From NCBI GenBank assembly GCA_964361825.1, contig CAYICB010000002.1:5845-69844 (forward strand): a stretch of 64,000 nucleotides of DNA, read 5' to 3'. The stretch's first letter is position 1. Each line of letters begins with the position of its first letter. Below, piece after piece: positions 1 to 8,900 of this stretch. A program made the position numbers and the translations under genes. Source of the stretch: an uncultured Candidatus Saccharibacteria bacterium (GTDB lineage: Bacteria; Patescibacteriota; Minisyncoccia; Phycocordibacterales; JACOZG01). Under the pieces are notes generated by a model, which saw nothing but the letters and a program-made list of their open reading frames with translations, was not told where the DNA came from and made no database searches.

Positions 1-25
1 TAAGAACAGAAGGGAGGAAAAACCT

Positions 26-367
26 GTGCGCGTAAACAAACTAGAGAGGTCCCTGAAGAAAGAGCTCTCCAAGAGAAAATTACGTCTTGTGTGGAGTCCC
101 AAGCCCAGAGAGCTTAGAAGAGATGAGTTGGTGGTTTTTGGCGCAGAGCAGAAGGTTCGCGGGAATAAAGAACCTCTTGTGGTTGGTTCAACCGGATCTT
201 TGGTTGATAAATATCATGAAGCTTTTCTTCGTTCCCTTGAACTGGCGGGCATCCCAAGGAAAACTCTTCATTCCCAATACGTTCATGTGGGTCGAGGGAA
301 AATTTGGCCAACCTTTGTTGCCCGAATTACTCAAGAAAATTTTCGGACTATCAAACAAGAAAAATAG
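26..367 (+). CDS. hypothetical basic protein
   Basis: 113-aa ORF with GGGAGG SD before GTG and a hairpin+T-tract terminator after the stop. Confidence 0.6.
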   Translation: MRVNKLERSLKKELSKRKLRLVWSPKPRELRRDELVVFGAEQKVRGNKEPLVVGSTGSLVDKYHEAFLRSLELAGIPRKTLHSQYVHVGRGKIWPTFVARITQENFRTIKQEK

Positions 368-385
368 TCCGACGGATTTTTGCTG

Positions 386-418
386 GTCCGCCGTCTCACG
401 ATGGCGGACCTTTTTTGT
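386..418 (+). terminator. intrinsic terminator
   Basis: GTCCGCCGTC-TCAC-GATGGCGGAC hairpin followed by a T run. Confidence 0.7.
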
Positions 419-436
419 TTCTGATATATTAGCGCG

Positions 437-652
437 ATGTTTAAAGAATTTTTTATTAAGAAGATGTTGAAGTCGCAGGGGGTGCCGGAGGATCAGGCGA
501 TGAAGGTGCTCACGATTATGGAGAAAAATCCGGACTTATTTAAGCAAATTGCGGCCGAAATTCAGGAGAAAACCAAGGGTGGCATGAACCAAACCGACGC
601 CGCGATGGCTGTGATGCAAGCCCACCAAGAAGAATTGCGAAAGATTTTTTAG
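437..652 (+). CDS. small helical hypothetical protein
   Basis: 71-aa ORF; TATATT 6 nt before ATG. Confidence 0.7.
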   Translation: MFKEFFIKKMLKSQGVPEDQAMKVLTIMEKNPDLFKQIAAEIQEKTKGGMNQTDAAMAVMQAHQEELRKIF

Positions 653-655
653 TGT
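637..655 (+). repeat. 19-bp direct repeat, copy 1 (GCGAAAGATTTTTTAGTGT)
   Basis: identical to 1144-1162; the pair flanks the TA module. Confidence 0.85.
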
Positions 656-669
656 GGTAGATTATGAAC

Positions 670-867
670 ATGGAAACGTTAACAGTCTCCAAAAAAGAAC
701 TACAAGAAGTTGTAAGGGAGAGCTTGCGTGGAGCTTTGTCGTCCGAACTAATGAAACTTCGCGCCTTGGCTTTACCAACAGTTAGTCTAAAAGAACAACG
801 CGAAATTGAAAAGGGTTTACAGAAAGCTGATCGAACTATCGGCGAAACGGTTACCGTAAGGGCATGA
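670..867 (+). CDS. putative antitoxin of a RelE-type pair
   Basis: small ORF overlapping the toxin start (ATGA); start 664 or 670. Confidence 0.65.
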   Translation: METLTVSKKELQEVVRESLRGALSSELMKLRALALPTVSLKEQREIEKGLQKADRTIGETVTVRA

Positions 868-1139
868 ATCAATGGAAAATAGGCCTTTCTCGCGAGTCAC
901 TAAAATTTCTTGATAAAAACCATCTTCCCAAAAATACGGTAGTTGAAGCAGTGACCTTGGCAATAAAGAAGCTTTCTGGTGAAATTGTGAGTGTTGATCT
1001 TAAAAAACTCCAGCCACCGTACGAGGGTTATTTTCGAATTCGGGTCGGTAAGATGAGAATCACTTGTGCTTTTGACTTTTACATAAACTTTGTCGATGTT
1101 GCTGAAGTCAACTGGCGTGGTTCGGCTTACAAAAAATAA
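864..1139 (+). CDS. RelE/ParE family toxin
   Basis: 91 aa; LKKLQ...YFRIRVGKMRI...WRGSAYK is typical of the RelE fold. Confidence 0.8.
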   Translation: MNQWKIGLSRESLKFLDKNHLPKNTVVEAVTLAIKKLSGEIVSVDLKKLQPPYEGYFRIRVGKMRITCAFDFYINFVDVAEVNWRGSAYKK

Positions 1140-1143
1140 CACC

Positions 1144-1162
1144 GCGAAAGATTTTTTAGTGT
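1144..1162 (+). repeat. 19-bp direct repeat, copy 2
   Basis: identical to 637-655. Confidence 0.85.
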
Positions 1163-1174
1163 TACAATAAAAAA

Positions 1175-1699
1175 ATGAAATACGCCATTTTCTCTGACAG
1201 CCACGACCATTATTACAATGTCACAAAAGCCCTTGAATTGGTAAAAGAACGAGAGATAACTAAAGGTGTCCATCTCGGAGATTTTTGCGCTCCGCCGGTG
1301 TTTGATATTTTAAGTTCAGAGAAAAGTATAAATTGGACTTGCGTTTGGGGTAATGTCGATGGTGCCCGAGCTCAAATAATCCTACGCTTCCGCGAAGCTA
1401 CCAATTTAGACTTTAGCGCCGACTCTTTTCGAGAATTAGAGCTAGAAAGCGGCAAAAAAGTTTTCCTAACCCACTTTCCGCTCTTGGCCCAGAATGCAGC
1501 TAAATCTGGTGATTATCAAGCCGTATTTTTTGGTGACAATCATCAAAAATCGGTTGAAACTCTACCAAACGGCACGCTTCTGGCTAATCCGGGTGAATTG
1601 TCTGGCACCAGAACTGGCCAACCCACCTTTGCTGTTTGGGATAGCGAAACTAATGAGCTTGAGTTTGTTGCACTGACTGATTTTAAGGTTGCTAAGTAA
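1175..1699 (+). CDS. YfcE/MJ0936-family metallophosphoesterase
   Basis: SDSH, HLGD, GNVD, TH and NPG motifs. Confidence 0.85.
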   Translation: MKYAIFSDSHDHYYNVTKALELVKEREITKGVHLGDFCAPPVFDILSSEKSINWTCVWGNVDGARAQIILRFREATNLDFSADSFRELELESGKKVFLTHFPLLAQNAAKSGDYQAVFFGDNHQKSVETLPNGTLLANPGELSGTRTGQPTFAVWDSETNELEFVALTDFKVAK

Positions 1700-1721
1700 T
1701 CATTAATTTTGATAGTCAAAG

Positions 1722-1870
1722 AAAAAGCCCACACCGTTACCAGTGTGGACTTCTCACCAACAATGAATTTTTGGTGAGCACCTGAAAGAGCTGAAGGTCC
1801 TCTTTTGGGGACATGGCTTATGCCAACAACCCGAAGGAAAAAGTCCCAGCTAGTTCAGGCGTTTCTATCT
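1722..1870 (-). ncRNA. candidate structured ncRNA (~150 nt), family unknown
   Basis: own sigma70 promoter, nested stems whose mismatches are G-U pairs only on the - strand, terminator hairpin + U tract, no credible ORF. Confidence 0.55.
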
Positions 1871-1876
1871 TTGCAC

Positions 1877-1904
1877 ACTATATACCTAAATACTGATTTG
1901 TCAA
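1877..1904 (-). promoter_or_regulatory. sigma70-type promoter TTGACA-N16-TATAGT
   Basis: near-consensus hexamers on the - strand. Confidence 0.7.
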
Positions 1905-1923
1905 GCCAACAGGTCCCAAAGGA

Positions 1924-1956
1924 TTTTAGCCAAGAAAAAAGGGCGGCCATTGCTGG
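1924..1956 (-). repeat. 33-bp duplicated terminator-like block, copy 1
   Basis: identical to 2805-2837; GC stem arm plus A run (U tract on -). Confidence 0.85.
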
Positions 1957-1989
1957 TCGCCCCGGGTATTCATTTTTGCTGAATACAAT

Positions 1990-2238
1990 CTAATCATCCA
2001 CTAAACGCCACAACAAAATCAACGAGGCACAGAGCAGAAATGTTCCACCCCCTATTACCAGCCCGAGCATTAAGTGGCTACCGTTGTTGTGAATGATGCC
2101 AGCTAAGCACAGGCCCGCTCCAACGAGAAAGCCACCCGACACAACTGCGCATAATCCTAGGAAAATGAGCCCGGCGGCAAGGAAACAGCAGATTCTCAAA
2201 AAATCGTAAATCAAATCGTAAATCCTTTTAAGAACCAT
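1990..2238 (-). CDS. small membrane protein, hypothetical
   Basis: 82 aa, hydrophobic segments, AAGGGGG SD before ATG 2238. Confidence 0.6.
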   Translation of the reverse strand: MVLKRIYDLIYDFLRICCFLAAGLIFLGLCAVVSGGFLVGAGLCLAGIIHNNGSHLMLGLVIGGGTFLLCASLILLWRLVDD

Positions 2239-2283
2239 GATAAACCCCCTTTGTGAAATGACCCAGTTTGTCCAAATCAAAAA

Positions 2284-2309
2284 CTACCACATTTAGTGGT
2301 TTTTTGCTA
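2284..2309. repeat. duplicated divergent-promoter block, copy 1
   Basis: 24/26 identical to 3070-3095. Confidence 0.7.
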
Positions 2310-2319
2310 GCATTGTTCA

Positions 2320-2706
2320 GTGAAAAGATTTTTGGAGTGGATTGGCATTAAACAGAAACTAGATAATCACGAGCATCAACCGCCCCTAATAACCGAAGGA
2401 GACTTGTGGTGGTGTGCAATTGGCGAAAATGTCGGTATTGAAGTTGGCGGCAAGAGCAAAGATTTTACTCGTCCAGTAATTGTTCTCAAGAAATTTGGCA
2501 GATTGGGGTTTATGATTGTTCCAACTACCACTAGAGAACGGGAGGGTTCGTGGTATGTAAGCTTCTTGCATAAAGGAATTAAAGAAACCGCAATGTTGAG
2601 TCAGGCGAGAGTTTTAAGTTACAAAAGATTACACTCTAAGATGGGAACGCTGGATGATGAGGACTTTAAAAAGGTAAAAGAGGCGTTTTCACGCCTCTTT
2701 TCCTAA
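2320..2706 (+). CDS. PemK/MazF family toxin with no co-oriented antitoxin gene
   Basis: GDLWW..IGENVGIE.GGK...F.RPVIVLKK, VPTTT and LSQ.R motifs. Confidence 0.85.
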   Translation: MKRFLEWIGIKQKLDNHEHQPPLITEGDLWWCAIGENVGIEVGGKSKDFTRPVIVLKKFGRLGFMIVPTTTREREGSWYVSFLHKGIKETAMLSQARVLSYKRLHSKMGTLDDEDFKKVKEAFSRLFS

Positions 2707-2748
2707 ATGTCCTCCGCTTGCGCGGAGTCGCGGGATAATCCCGAATGT
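2707..2748 (-). ncRNA. candidate small RNA convergent on the mazF-like gene
   Basis: hairpins CGGGA-TTA-TCCCG and CTCCGC-GCAA-GCGGAG directly behind a - strand promoter; 3' end unknown. Confidence 0.45.
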
Positions 2749-2754
2749 GGCTTT

Positions 2755-2782
2755 AGTATAGGGGTTATCAAATTTTAGTCAA
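2755..2782 (-). promoter_or_regulatory. sigma70-type promoter TTGACT-N16-TATACT
   Basis: near-consensus hexamers; no - strand gene directly downstream. Confidence 0.65.
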
Positions 2783-2804
2783 GTGGATAAGTGTGGTAAA
2801 GATT

Positions 2805-2837
2805 TTTTAGCCAAGAAAAAAGGGCGGCCATTGCTGG
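2805..2837 (-). repeat. 33-bp duplicated terminator-like block, copy 2
   Basis: identical to 1924-1956. Confidence 0.85.
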
Positions 2838-2874
2838 CTCGCCCGGGGTTCGTGTGTGTTTCGGTGTTTGAGAG

Positions 2875-3033
2875 CTACTTCTTTTGTTTGTCTTGCTTCT
2901 CAAGAAATTGAATGACCGCGGTTTCGATTAGGTTTGATAGCGTTCGGTTTTGTGCACGGGCCGTCGCCTTAATTTCATCAGCCATGCCCGTGCGAAATGA
3001 CATAAGGATTTTCTTTGATTTTTTCTTGCCCAT
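2875..3033 (-). CDS. ribbon-helix-helix (CopG/Arc-like) protein, 52 aa, absent from the ORF track
   Basis: manual translation MGKKKSKKILMSFRTGMADEIKATARAQNRTLSNLIETAVIQFLEKQDKQKK; GGGAGG SD. Confidence 0.75.
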   Translation of the reverse strand: MGKKKSKKILMSFRTGMADEIKATARAQNRTLSNLIETAVIQFLEKQDKQKK

Positions 3034-3069
3034 ATTTATCCTCCCAAAATCAACTAGTCCAAGCTTTTG

Positions 3070-3095
3070 CTACCACATTTAGCGCTTTTTTGCTA
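3070..3095. repeat. duplicated divergent-promoter block, copy 2
   Basis: 24/26 identical to 2284-2309. Confidence 0.7.
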
Positions 3096-3106
3096 CTCTT
3101 TTCGCC

Positions 3107-4060
3107 ATGTCTCTCTCAATTGGCATTGTGGGCCTACCAAATGTGGGAAAATCGACGCTGTTTAATGCCCTGACGGGGAAGGGCGTGCCGGCGGAGAATT
3201 ATCCGTTTTGTACCATTGATCCATCGGTGGGGATTGTGGGCGTGCCCGACCCTAGGCTGGCTAAATTGGCAGAATTTAGTAAATCGGCCAAGACGATTCC
3301 GGCGGCGATTGAATTTGTTGACATTGCGGGGCTGGTGAAAGGCGCCTCCAAGGGCGAGGGCCTCGGGAATCAATTTCTCTCGCATATTCGTGAAGTGGAT
3401 GCGATTCTGCACATGGTGCGCGTTTTTGCCGACGACAAAGTGACGCATGTGAACAATAAAGTGGATCCTCTAAACGATATCGAAACGATTGGTTTGGAAC
3501 TCATTCTCGCTGACCTCGCCACGGTAGAGAAGCGCCGCAGTAATTTGCAAAAAGAGGTGAAGCGCGGAGATAAAAATGCGATTGCCGAAGACGCCCAATT
3601 GGCCGAAGCTGAAGCATTGCTGAAAGATGGCAAGCCCTCCTTCGCGATTAAACATTTGCACCTCTTGAGCGCCAAACCCGTGTTCTATGTGCTCAACACT
3701 TCAAGTGCAACAGAGAACGCCCCCACTTCATTCGTTGGTAACGAACTTCGCGGGGCAGGAGTGGTGGTAAAAGTTGATCCCGTCTTTGGCGAGGGGCTCG
3801 ATGATCTAATTAAAGCGAGTTATAAATTGCTGGGCCTTGCGACCTATTTTACAACAGGGGAAGATGAAACGCGGGCTTGGACCTTCAAACTCGGTTCCAC
3901 GGCGCCGGAGGCGGCCGCGGCGATTCACACCGACTTCCGCGATAAATTTATTAAAGCCGATGTGATTAATTGGGAAGATCTTCTCGCCGGCGGCCACTGG
4001 CGCTTGGAAGGTAAAGAATACTTGGTAAAAGATGGGGATGTGATTGAGTTTAAAATATAA
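3107..4060 (+). CDS. ychF: ribosome-binding ATPase YchF (shortened)
   Basis: GIVGLPNVGKSTLFNALT, NYPFCTIDP, DIAGLVKGAS, C-terminal TGS domain. Confidence 0.95.
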   Translation: MSLSIGIVGLPNVGKSTLFNALTGKGVPAENYPFCTIDPSVGIVGVPDPRLAKLAEFSKSAKTIPAAIEFVDIAGLVKGASKGEGLGNQFLSHIREVDAILHMVRVFADDKVTHVNNKVDPLNDIETIGLELILADLATVEKRRSNLQKEVKRGDKNAIAEDAQLAEAEALLKDGKPSFAIKHLHLLSAKPVFYVLNTSSATENAPTSFVGNELRGAGVVVKVDPVFGEGLDDLIKASYKLLGLATYFTTGEDETRAWTFKLGSTAPEAAAAIHTDFRDKFIKADVINWEDLLAGGHWRLEGKEYLVKDGDVIEFKI

Positions 4061-4099
4061 AAAAAGACCGGCACGCATGGTGCCGGGTTGCCTTTTTTG
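4061..4099. terminator. bidirectional terminator
   Basis: A run, CCGGCAC/GTGCCGG stem, T run between convergent genes. Confidence 0.65.
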
Positions 4100-4107
4100 A
4101 TTTGGGG

Positions 4108-4554
4108 TTAACAAAATAAAGGCAGATAATTACTCGAGGGTAGTTTAATCTCTGATGACCACCCACTCACACGGAGAACAAAGGTGACATTCGACCTCGA
4201 CTTATCGAGGTAAACCTCCAATGAAGAAAACTCCACCAAGAGGTTAGAGACTACCAATCCAGTTTGAGTTTCTGGATCGAAAGACACTCCTTTGTTCGGT
4301 CGAAGAAATAAGTCAAAATCCACGGTGACATTGCGTGGGATCAAAGAACGCGGCAGGTTGTGAGGAAAATTAATTTGCGGATAATGAGGGGTAACATTAT
4401 CACTGATGGTGTTTTCTACCACCAAACTCACAAACCAACCTTCTTGCCCTTTGTGATAGGGGAAAATTACAAACCTTACTTTTGGGTATAGTTTGCCGCC
4501 CTCCACCTCTACCTTCGGTATTATGCCCCAATCCGAATCTTTTCCAATGTGCAT
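4108..4554 (-). CDS. hypothetical protein
   Basis: 148 aa, AAGGAGGT SD. Confidence 0.6.
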   Translation of the reverse strand: MHIGKDSDWGIIPKVEVEGGKLYPKVRFVIFPYHKGQEGWFVSLVVENTISDNVTPHYPQINFPHNLPRSLIPRNVTVDFDLFLRPNKGVSFDPETQTGLVVSNLLVEFSSLEVYLDKSRSNVTFVLRVSGWSSEIKLPSSNYLPLFC

Positions 4555-4643
4555 ATCGCACCTCCTTTTCTGGTTTAATAAATATCAAAAAGAGGGGTGG
4601 TTGTCAATGGTTTGTTTTGTTTGATCGGTGTTATCATTTAAAA

Positions 4644-5195
4644 ATGCAAAATTCACGCTTTCTCAAATGGATCTTGGCTCTCGCTATTGTGATTGTTCTT
4701 AACCTCTTTTTCAATTACGCCATCCACTTGGTTTATGAAGCGCCACAGTGGGAAAATTTTTGTCCAACCAAACAAGTAAATATTATGCCTCAAACCAAAG
4801 AAGCTTGTTTAGATGAAGGCGGTAGTTGGACAGAGGAAAATGGTGAAATGATAACGACAATACCTCTTTTTGGTCCTGGAGATTCGGCCCCAAGGCGTAC
4901 TAGCTATTGCGATGTTAACTTCACCTGTGACCGAGAATTCGACAGTTATCAATCAGTTTATAATCGCAATGTTTTCTTGATCTTAGTGGGAGCTGGCCTA
5001 GCAACACTGTTGCTTAGCCTTTTTGTTGCCCTCACTTCACCTGTTTCGCTCGGCCTCTCGCTTGGCGGCGTGCTCTCAATAATTGTTGGTTCAATTCGTT
5101 ATTGGTCGGAGATGCAAGATTACCTCCGCGTCATTCTCCTCGCCGTCGCTCTTATTCTCCTCATCTGGCTCGGCATCAAGAAGTTTAGGGAATAA
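4644..5195 (+). CDS. membrane protein with Cys-containing extracellular loop
   Basis: start at ATG 4644 (TATCAT 6 nt upstream); one N-terminal and three C-terminal TM segments. Confidence 0.75.
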   Translation: MQNSRFLKWILALAIVIVLNLFFNYAIHLVYEAPQWENFCPTKQVNIMPQTKEACLDEGGSWTEENGEMITTIPLFGPGDSAPRRTSYCDVNFTCDREFDSYQSVYNRNVFLILVGAGLATLLLSLFVALTSPVSLGLSLGGVLSIIVGSIRYWSEMQDYLRVILLAVALILLIWLGIKKFRE

Positions 5196-5206
5196 ATCAC
5201 CCTAAC

Positions 5207-5229
5207 TGTTGAACATCGGATGTTCAACA
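5207..5229. repeat. 23-bp REP-like perfect palindrome TGTTGAACATC(G/C)GATGTTCAACA, copy 1 (last codons of RAYT)
   Basis: 11-bp arms, 1-nt centre. Confidence 0.95.
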
Positions 5230-5683
5230 ATCTCTGCCAGATCTTTGGCCCCACTTGTTTGTACCCATTCGTGATAATCATCACTTTTTGCAAACTGTTC
5301 GCGAATTGGCTCGGTGTGTAGGAGGTTTGACCAACGGTTCTTAGAAAGGAAGTCTTGATAACTAGACCAAGGATATTCATGGGCCTTATTTCTCCAGCCA
5401 GTTAGCTCACAACAATTCCGATGAATATAAGCTGAGGCATATAACAGCTGTTCATTGTCGCCGATATGCGAAAATTTAAAAGCCCCCTGAAATAAGTAAC
5501 CACTCGCTTGGTATTTGGTATTAAAATATTTGGTGTAACTGTTACCCACTCTTTGCATATACTTCGATATTCCTCCCTCCTTTACTTCTTCTGCGATCAA
5601 GTGAAAATGATTAGGCATCAAGGCGAAGGCAATGAGACGCAGTCCGCGTTCTCGGGTGATTTTTTCTTCCATTGCCCTGTCAG

Positions 5684-5706
5684 TGTTGAACATCCGATGT
5701 TCAACA
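5684..5706. repeat. REP-like palindrome, copy 2 (in frame inside RAYT)
   Basis: same arms; encodes VEHRMFN. Confidence 0.95.
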
Positions 5707-5885
5707 TATCGAGTGACAAGTCGACCGGGGTTGTCGATTGTTTCTGGCCCTTGAAAATAAAGAAGGGAAAGCAAAAACCGAGCTCGATCACGATCGTCGA
5801 GAAAAATTTTCCTCTTTAAAACCCCGCGGTTGTAAATATGATAAAATTCACCGGGAGCTAATGTTTGCACTCGTTTCATGGTGTC

Positions 5886-5908
5886 TGTTGAACATCCGAT
5901 GTTCAACA
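5886..5908. repeat. REP-like palindrome, copy 3 (between RAYT -10 box and start codon)
   Basis: same arms. Confidence 0.95.
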
Positions 5909-5943
5909 TTATACGGTATCGTAAGGATTGTGTTTGGGAACAA

Positions 5944-8900
5944 CTATCTCGTCAACTCCTTCATCCCTTCTACCACGAGGCTGGGTTCGCCGTTTCTTAG
6001 CGAGAGTTTGCCTTTAATCGCCACGCATTTTTCGGGTTCGAGGAGTTCGCGACATTCGGCAAAAGTGCGCGAGAAAATTACGAGCTCAATGGAGTCGTTG
6101 AAGTCGGTGAGTTTAGCAAAGCACATCCGGTCGCCCTTCTTAGTGTTAATCAGTTTAATTTCTTCTAACACGCCGGCCACCACGGTGGCGGTGCCGTCTT
6201 TCAAACCTTTGATTTTAGTAATCGAGCGACCAATCGCTTCAATTTTCTCGCGGAATTCTTCGAGCGGATGACCAGAAACATAGAGACCGAGTAGCTCTTT
6301 TTCCCAAGCGAGTTTTTCTTTAGCCGAGATATCGGGCGCCGGTTTGAGTTTGAAGTCGGGCACACTCGCTTTATCGGTCATCGCCGAAAAGAGTGAGTCT
6401 TGATTGCCACCCAATTTGCCACGCTCGCGATTATACTCAAGCGCCGCGTCTAAATTGGCGAGCAAGGTCCCTCTTTCTCCTGCCTTAGAGTTGGGAGAGC
6501 TAAAACAATCCATTGCGCCCGATTTAATCAGCGCTTCGAGTGATTTTTTATTCAAATTACGATGAGTAATGCGCTCAAGCAGGTCGCTAAAACTTTTGAA
6601 CGGGCCTCTCGTTTTGCGCTCACGCACAATCACTTCAGCAATCTCGGCCCCCAAGTTTTTGATGGTCAGCAAACCGAAACTAATTTTATCGCCGTCGGCA
6701 CGGGGCACCCTTGGGTCTGGGTCTTTATGGGTGACCCTTGCCGGCGCTTTGATGACCGTAAAGTCGCTGAAACTCTCATTGATATCTGGCGGTAAAACGG
6801 GGATGCCGAGCAACTTGCACTCGCTAATAATCTCGGCGATCGTTTCGATATTGCCGCTCTCGGCCGAGAGCGCGGCGGTCATATATTCACCCGGATAATT
6901 AGCCTTGAGATAAGCTGTTTGATACGCCACGCGACCATAACTCGCGGCATGCGCCTTGTTGAAGCCGTAACCCTGGAAGGGCTCAAAAAGATTCCAAATT
7001 TCTTCGGCTTTTTCTTTAGTTAAATCACTGTGTTTGATACAACCTTCAACAAACATCACATGCTGTTTCTTCATTTCTTCCGGAATCTTTTTACCGACGG
7101 CTTTGCGGAATTTATCCACTTCGCCCCAGTTGTACCCGGCCACTTCGATGGCCGTCATCAGGAGATCGTCTTGATAGACGAGCACGCCAAAGGTTGGCGC
7201 GAGATAACTCTTCATCTTCGGATGGAGAAATTTTGTTGGCTTCTTGCCATGTTTCCGCGCAATATACTCATAAATATTGTCCATCGGCCCCGGACGATAA
7301 AGCGCCACCATGACATTAATATCTTCCACGCGCGTGGGCTTAAGTTCCTTCAGCGCGCGCGTCATGCCGGTGCCATTAAGCTGAAACAGGCCAATGGTGT
7401 GACCGGCGGTAAGCATGATAAAAGTTTTTTTGTCATCGAGGGGAATTTTTTCAATATCAATTTTCTCACCTCGAGTTTTCTCGATAATTCTAATCGCGCC
7501 TTCGATAATCGAGAGGTTTCTAATGCCGAGAAAGTCGAATTTCAAGAGTCCTGCCTCTTCGACCACATACATATCAAATTGCGTAATAATCTTGCCGCCC
7601 TTCGGGTCGAATTGGAGGGGCACGAAGTCGGTGAGCGGCGTGGGCGAGATCACCACACCCGCAGCATGCACCGAGATGTGCCGAGCATTGCCTTCAATTT
7701 TCTTGGCGAGATCAATAATTTCTTTGGTTGCAGTATCGGTATCATAAAGCTGTTTTAATTCTGGTGTAATCTCAAGCGCGTGATCAATCGTCATCGGGAA
7801 GCCTTGCGAACCCATCGGGATTAAATTAGAGATTTTATCGCCCACGGCATAAGGGTGACCGAGCGCTCGCGCCACATCACGCACCGCGCCCCGCGCCATC
7901 ATCGAGCCGAAAGTACCAATTTGCGCCACATGATCTTCACCATACTTTTTCTTTACATAATCAATCACTTCATCGCGTCGACGATCGGCAAAGTCCATGT
8001 CGATATCGGGCGGGCTCGGGCGATCGGGATTAAGAAAGCGCTCGAAGGGGAGATTATAATAAAGCGGGTCAACACTAGAAATACCAATGAGATGCGAGGT
8101 AAAACAGCCGGCCGCCGAGCCTCGAGTATTGGTAAAGATGCCTTGGGCGCGGGTAAAGTTGAAGATGTCAGCCACCACGAGAAAGTAGGGAGCGTAACCC
8201 TTGTTGATAATAACTTCGAGCTCGTAAGCGAGGCGAGTGGCAGCTTCTTCTTTGCGATCGGGATTGCGTTCGAGATATTCGGGCAAGCGACTTTCGGCAA
8301 ATTTTCGTAGTTCTTCTTCTGGTGTCTCGGCGAGGGTAAGTTGAAATTTGGGAAAGACCCATTTGCCAAGCTCCAGTTTGAGATCACAAGCCTCGGCAAT
8401 TTTGAGGGTGTTATCGACGGCTTCAGGCGCGTCTTTAAAATGCTCGCGCATGGTGGCCTCGTCAATCAGTGAGAAATCATCACCGGCCTTGGTATAGCGT
8501 TTATTATCATCGGCATCAGTATTTGTACCAATCGCCACAAGCGTATCATGAGCCTTCGTGTCGTCTGGTTGTAAGTAGTGAGCATCTTGAGTAGCAACCA
8601 AGGGAATTCCCAATTCGTGAGCTAGTTTGATCGCTTGTTCTTTAAGCTCCGGATAGCGTTCAATTTTGGGGTGATGAAAAATTTCAATAAAATAATTTTC
8701 TGGGCCAAAAATTTCTCGATATTCATTAGCAATCTTTTTTGCTTCCTCATAATTCCGCGCCAGAATAGCGCGGGACAATTCACTGGCCATACAACCAGAT
8801 AAGCAAATAACCCCCTCGTGGTGCTCGCGCATCAGCTCTTTATCAATCCGTGGTTTATAATAATAACCTTCGAGGTTGGCTTTGGTCACGAGCTTAACCA

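Larger units (their letters stand above)
5202..5879 (-). mobile_element. REP-associated tyrosine transposase (RAYT, Y1 HUH family)
   Basis: YHIYNRG, LMPNHFHL (HUH), YIHRN (catalytic Tyr), YPWSSY; flanked by palindromes. Confidence 0.88.

Noticed and set aside
1805-1993. 62-aa + strand ORF over the ncRNA candidate
   Set aside because: TTG start without signals; it crosses a - strand promoter and terminator block.
5207-5908. Palindrome copies as a CRISPR array
   Set aside because: Spacing is irregular (about 480 and 200 bp), copies are within a CDS and no cas genes are present.
5880-5909. N-terminal extension MLNIGCSTDT of the transposase in the ORF track
   Set aside because: That ATG overlaps the -10 box and the extension is just the translated palindrome; ATG 5879 is the more plausible start.
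5202-5909. Classical IS200/IS605 insertion sequence
   Set aside because: No tnpB, the protein has RAYT-type motifs and length, and perfect palindromes recur at a distant locus.
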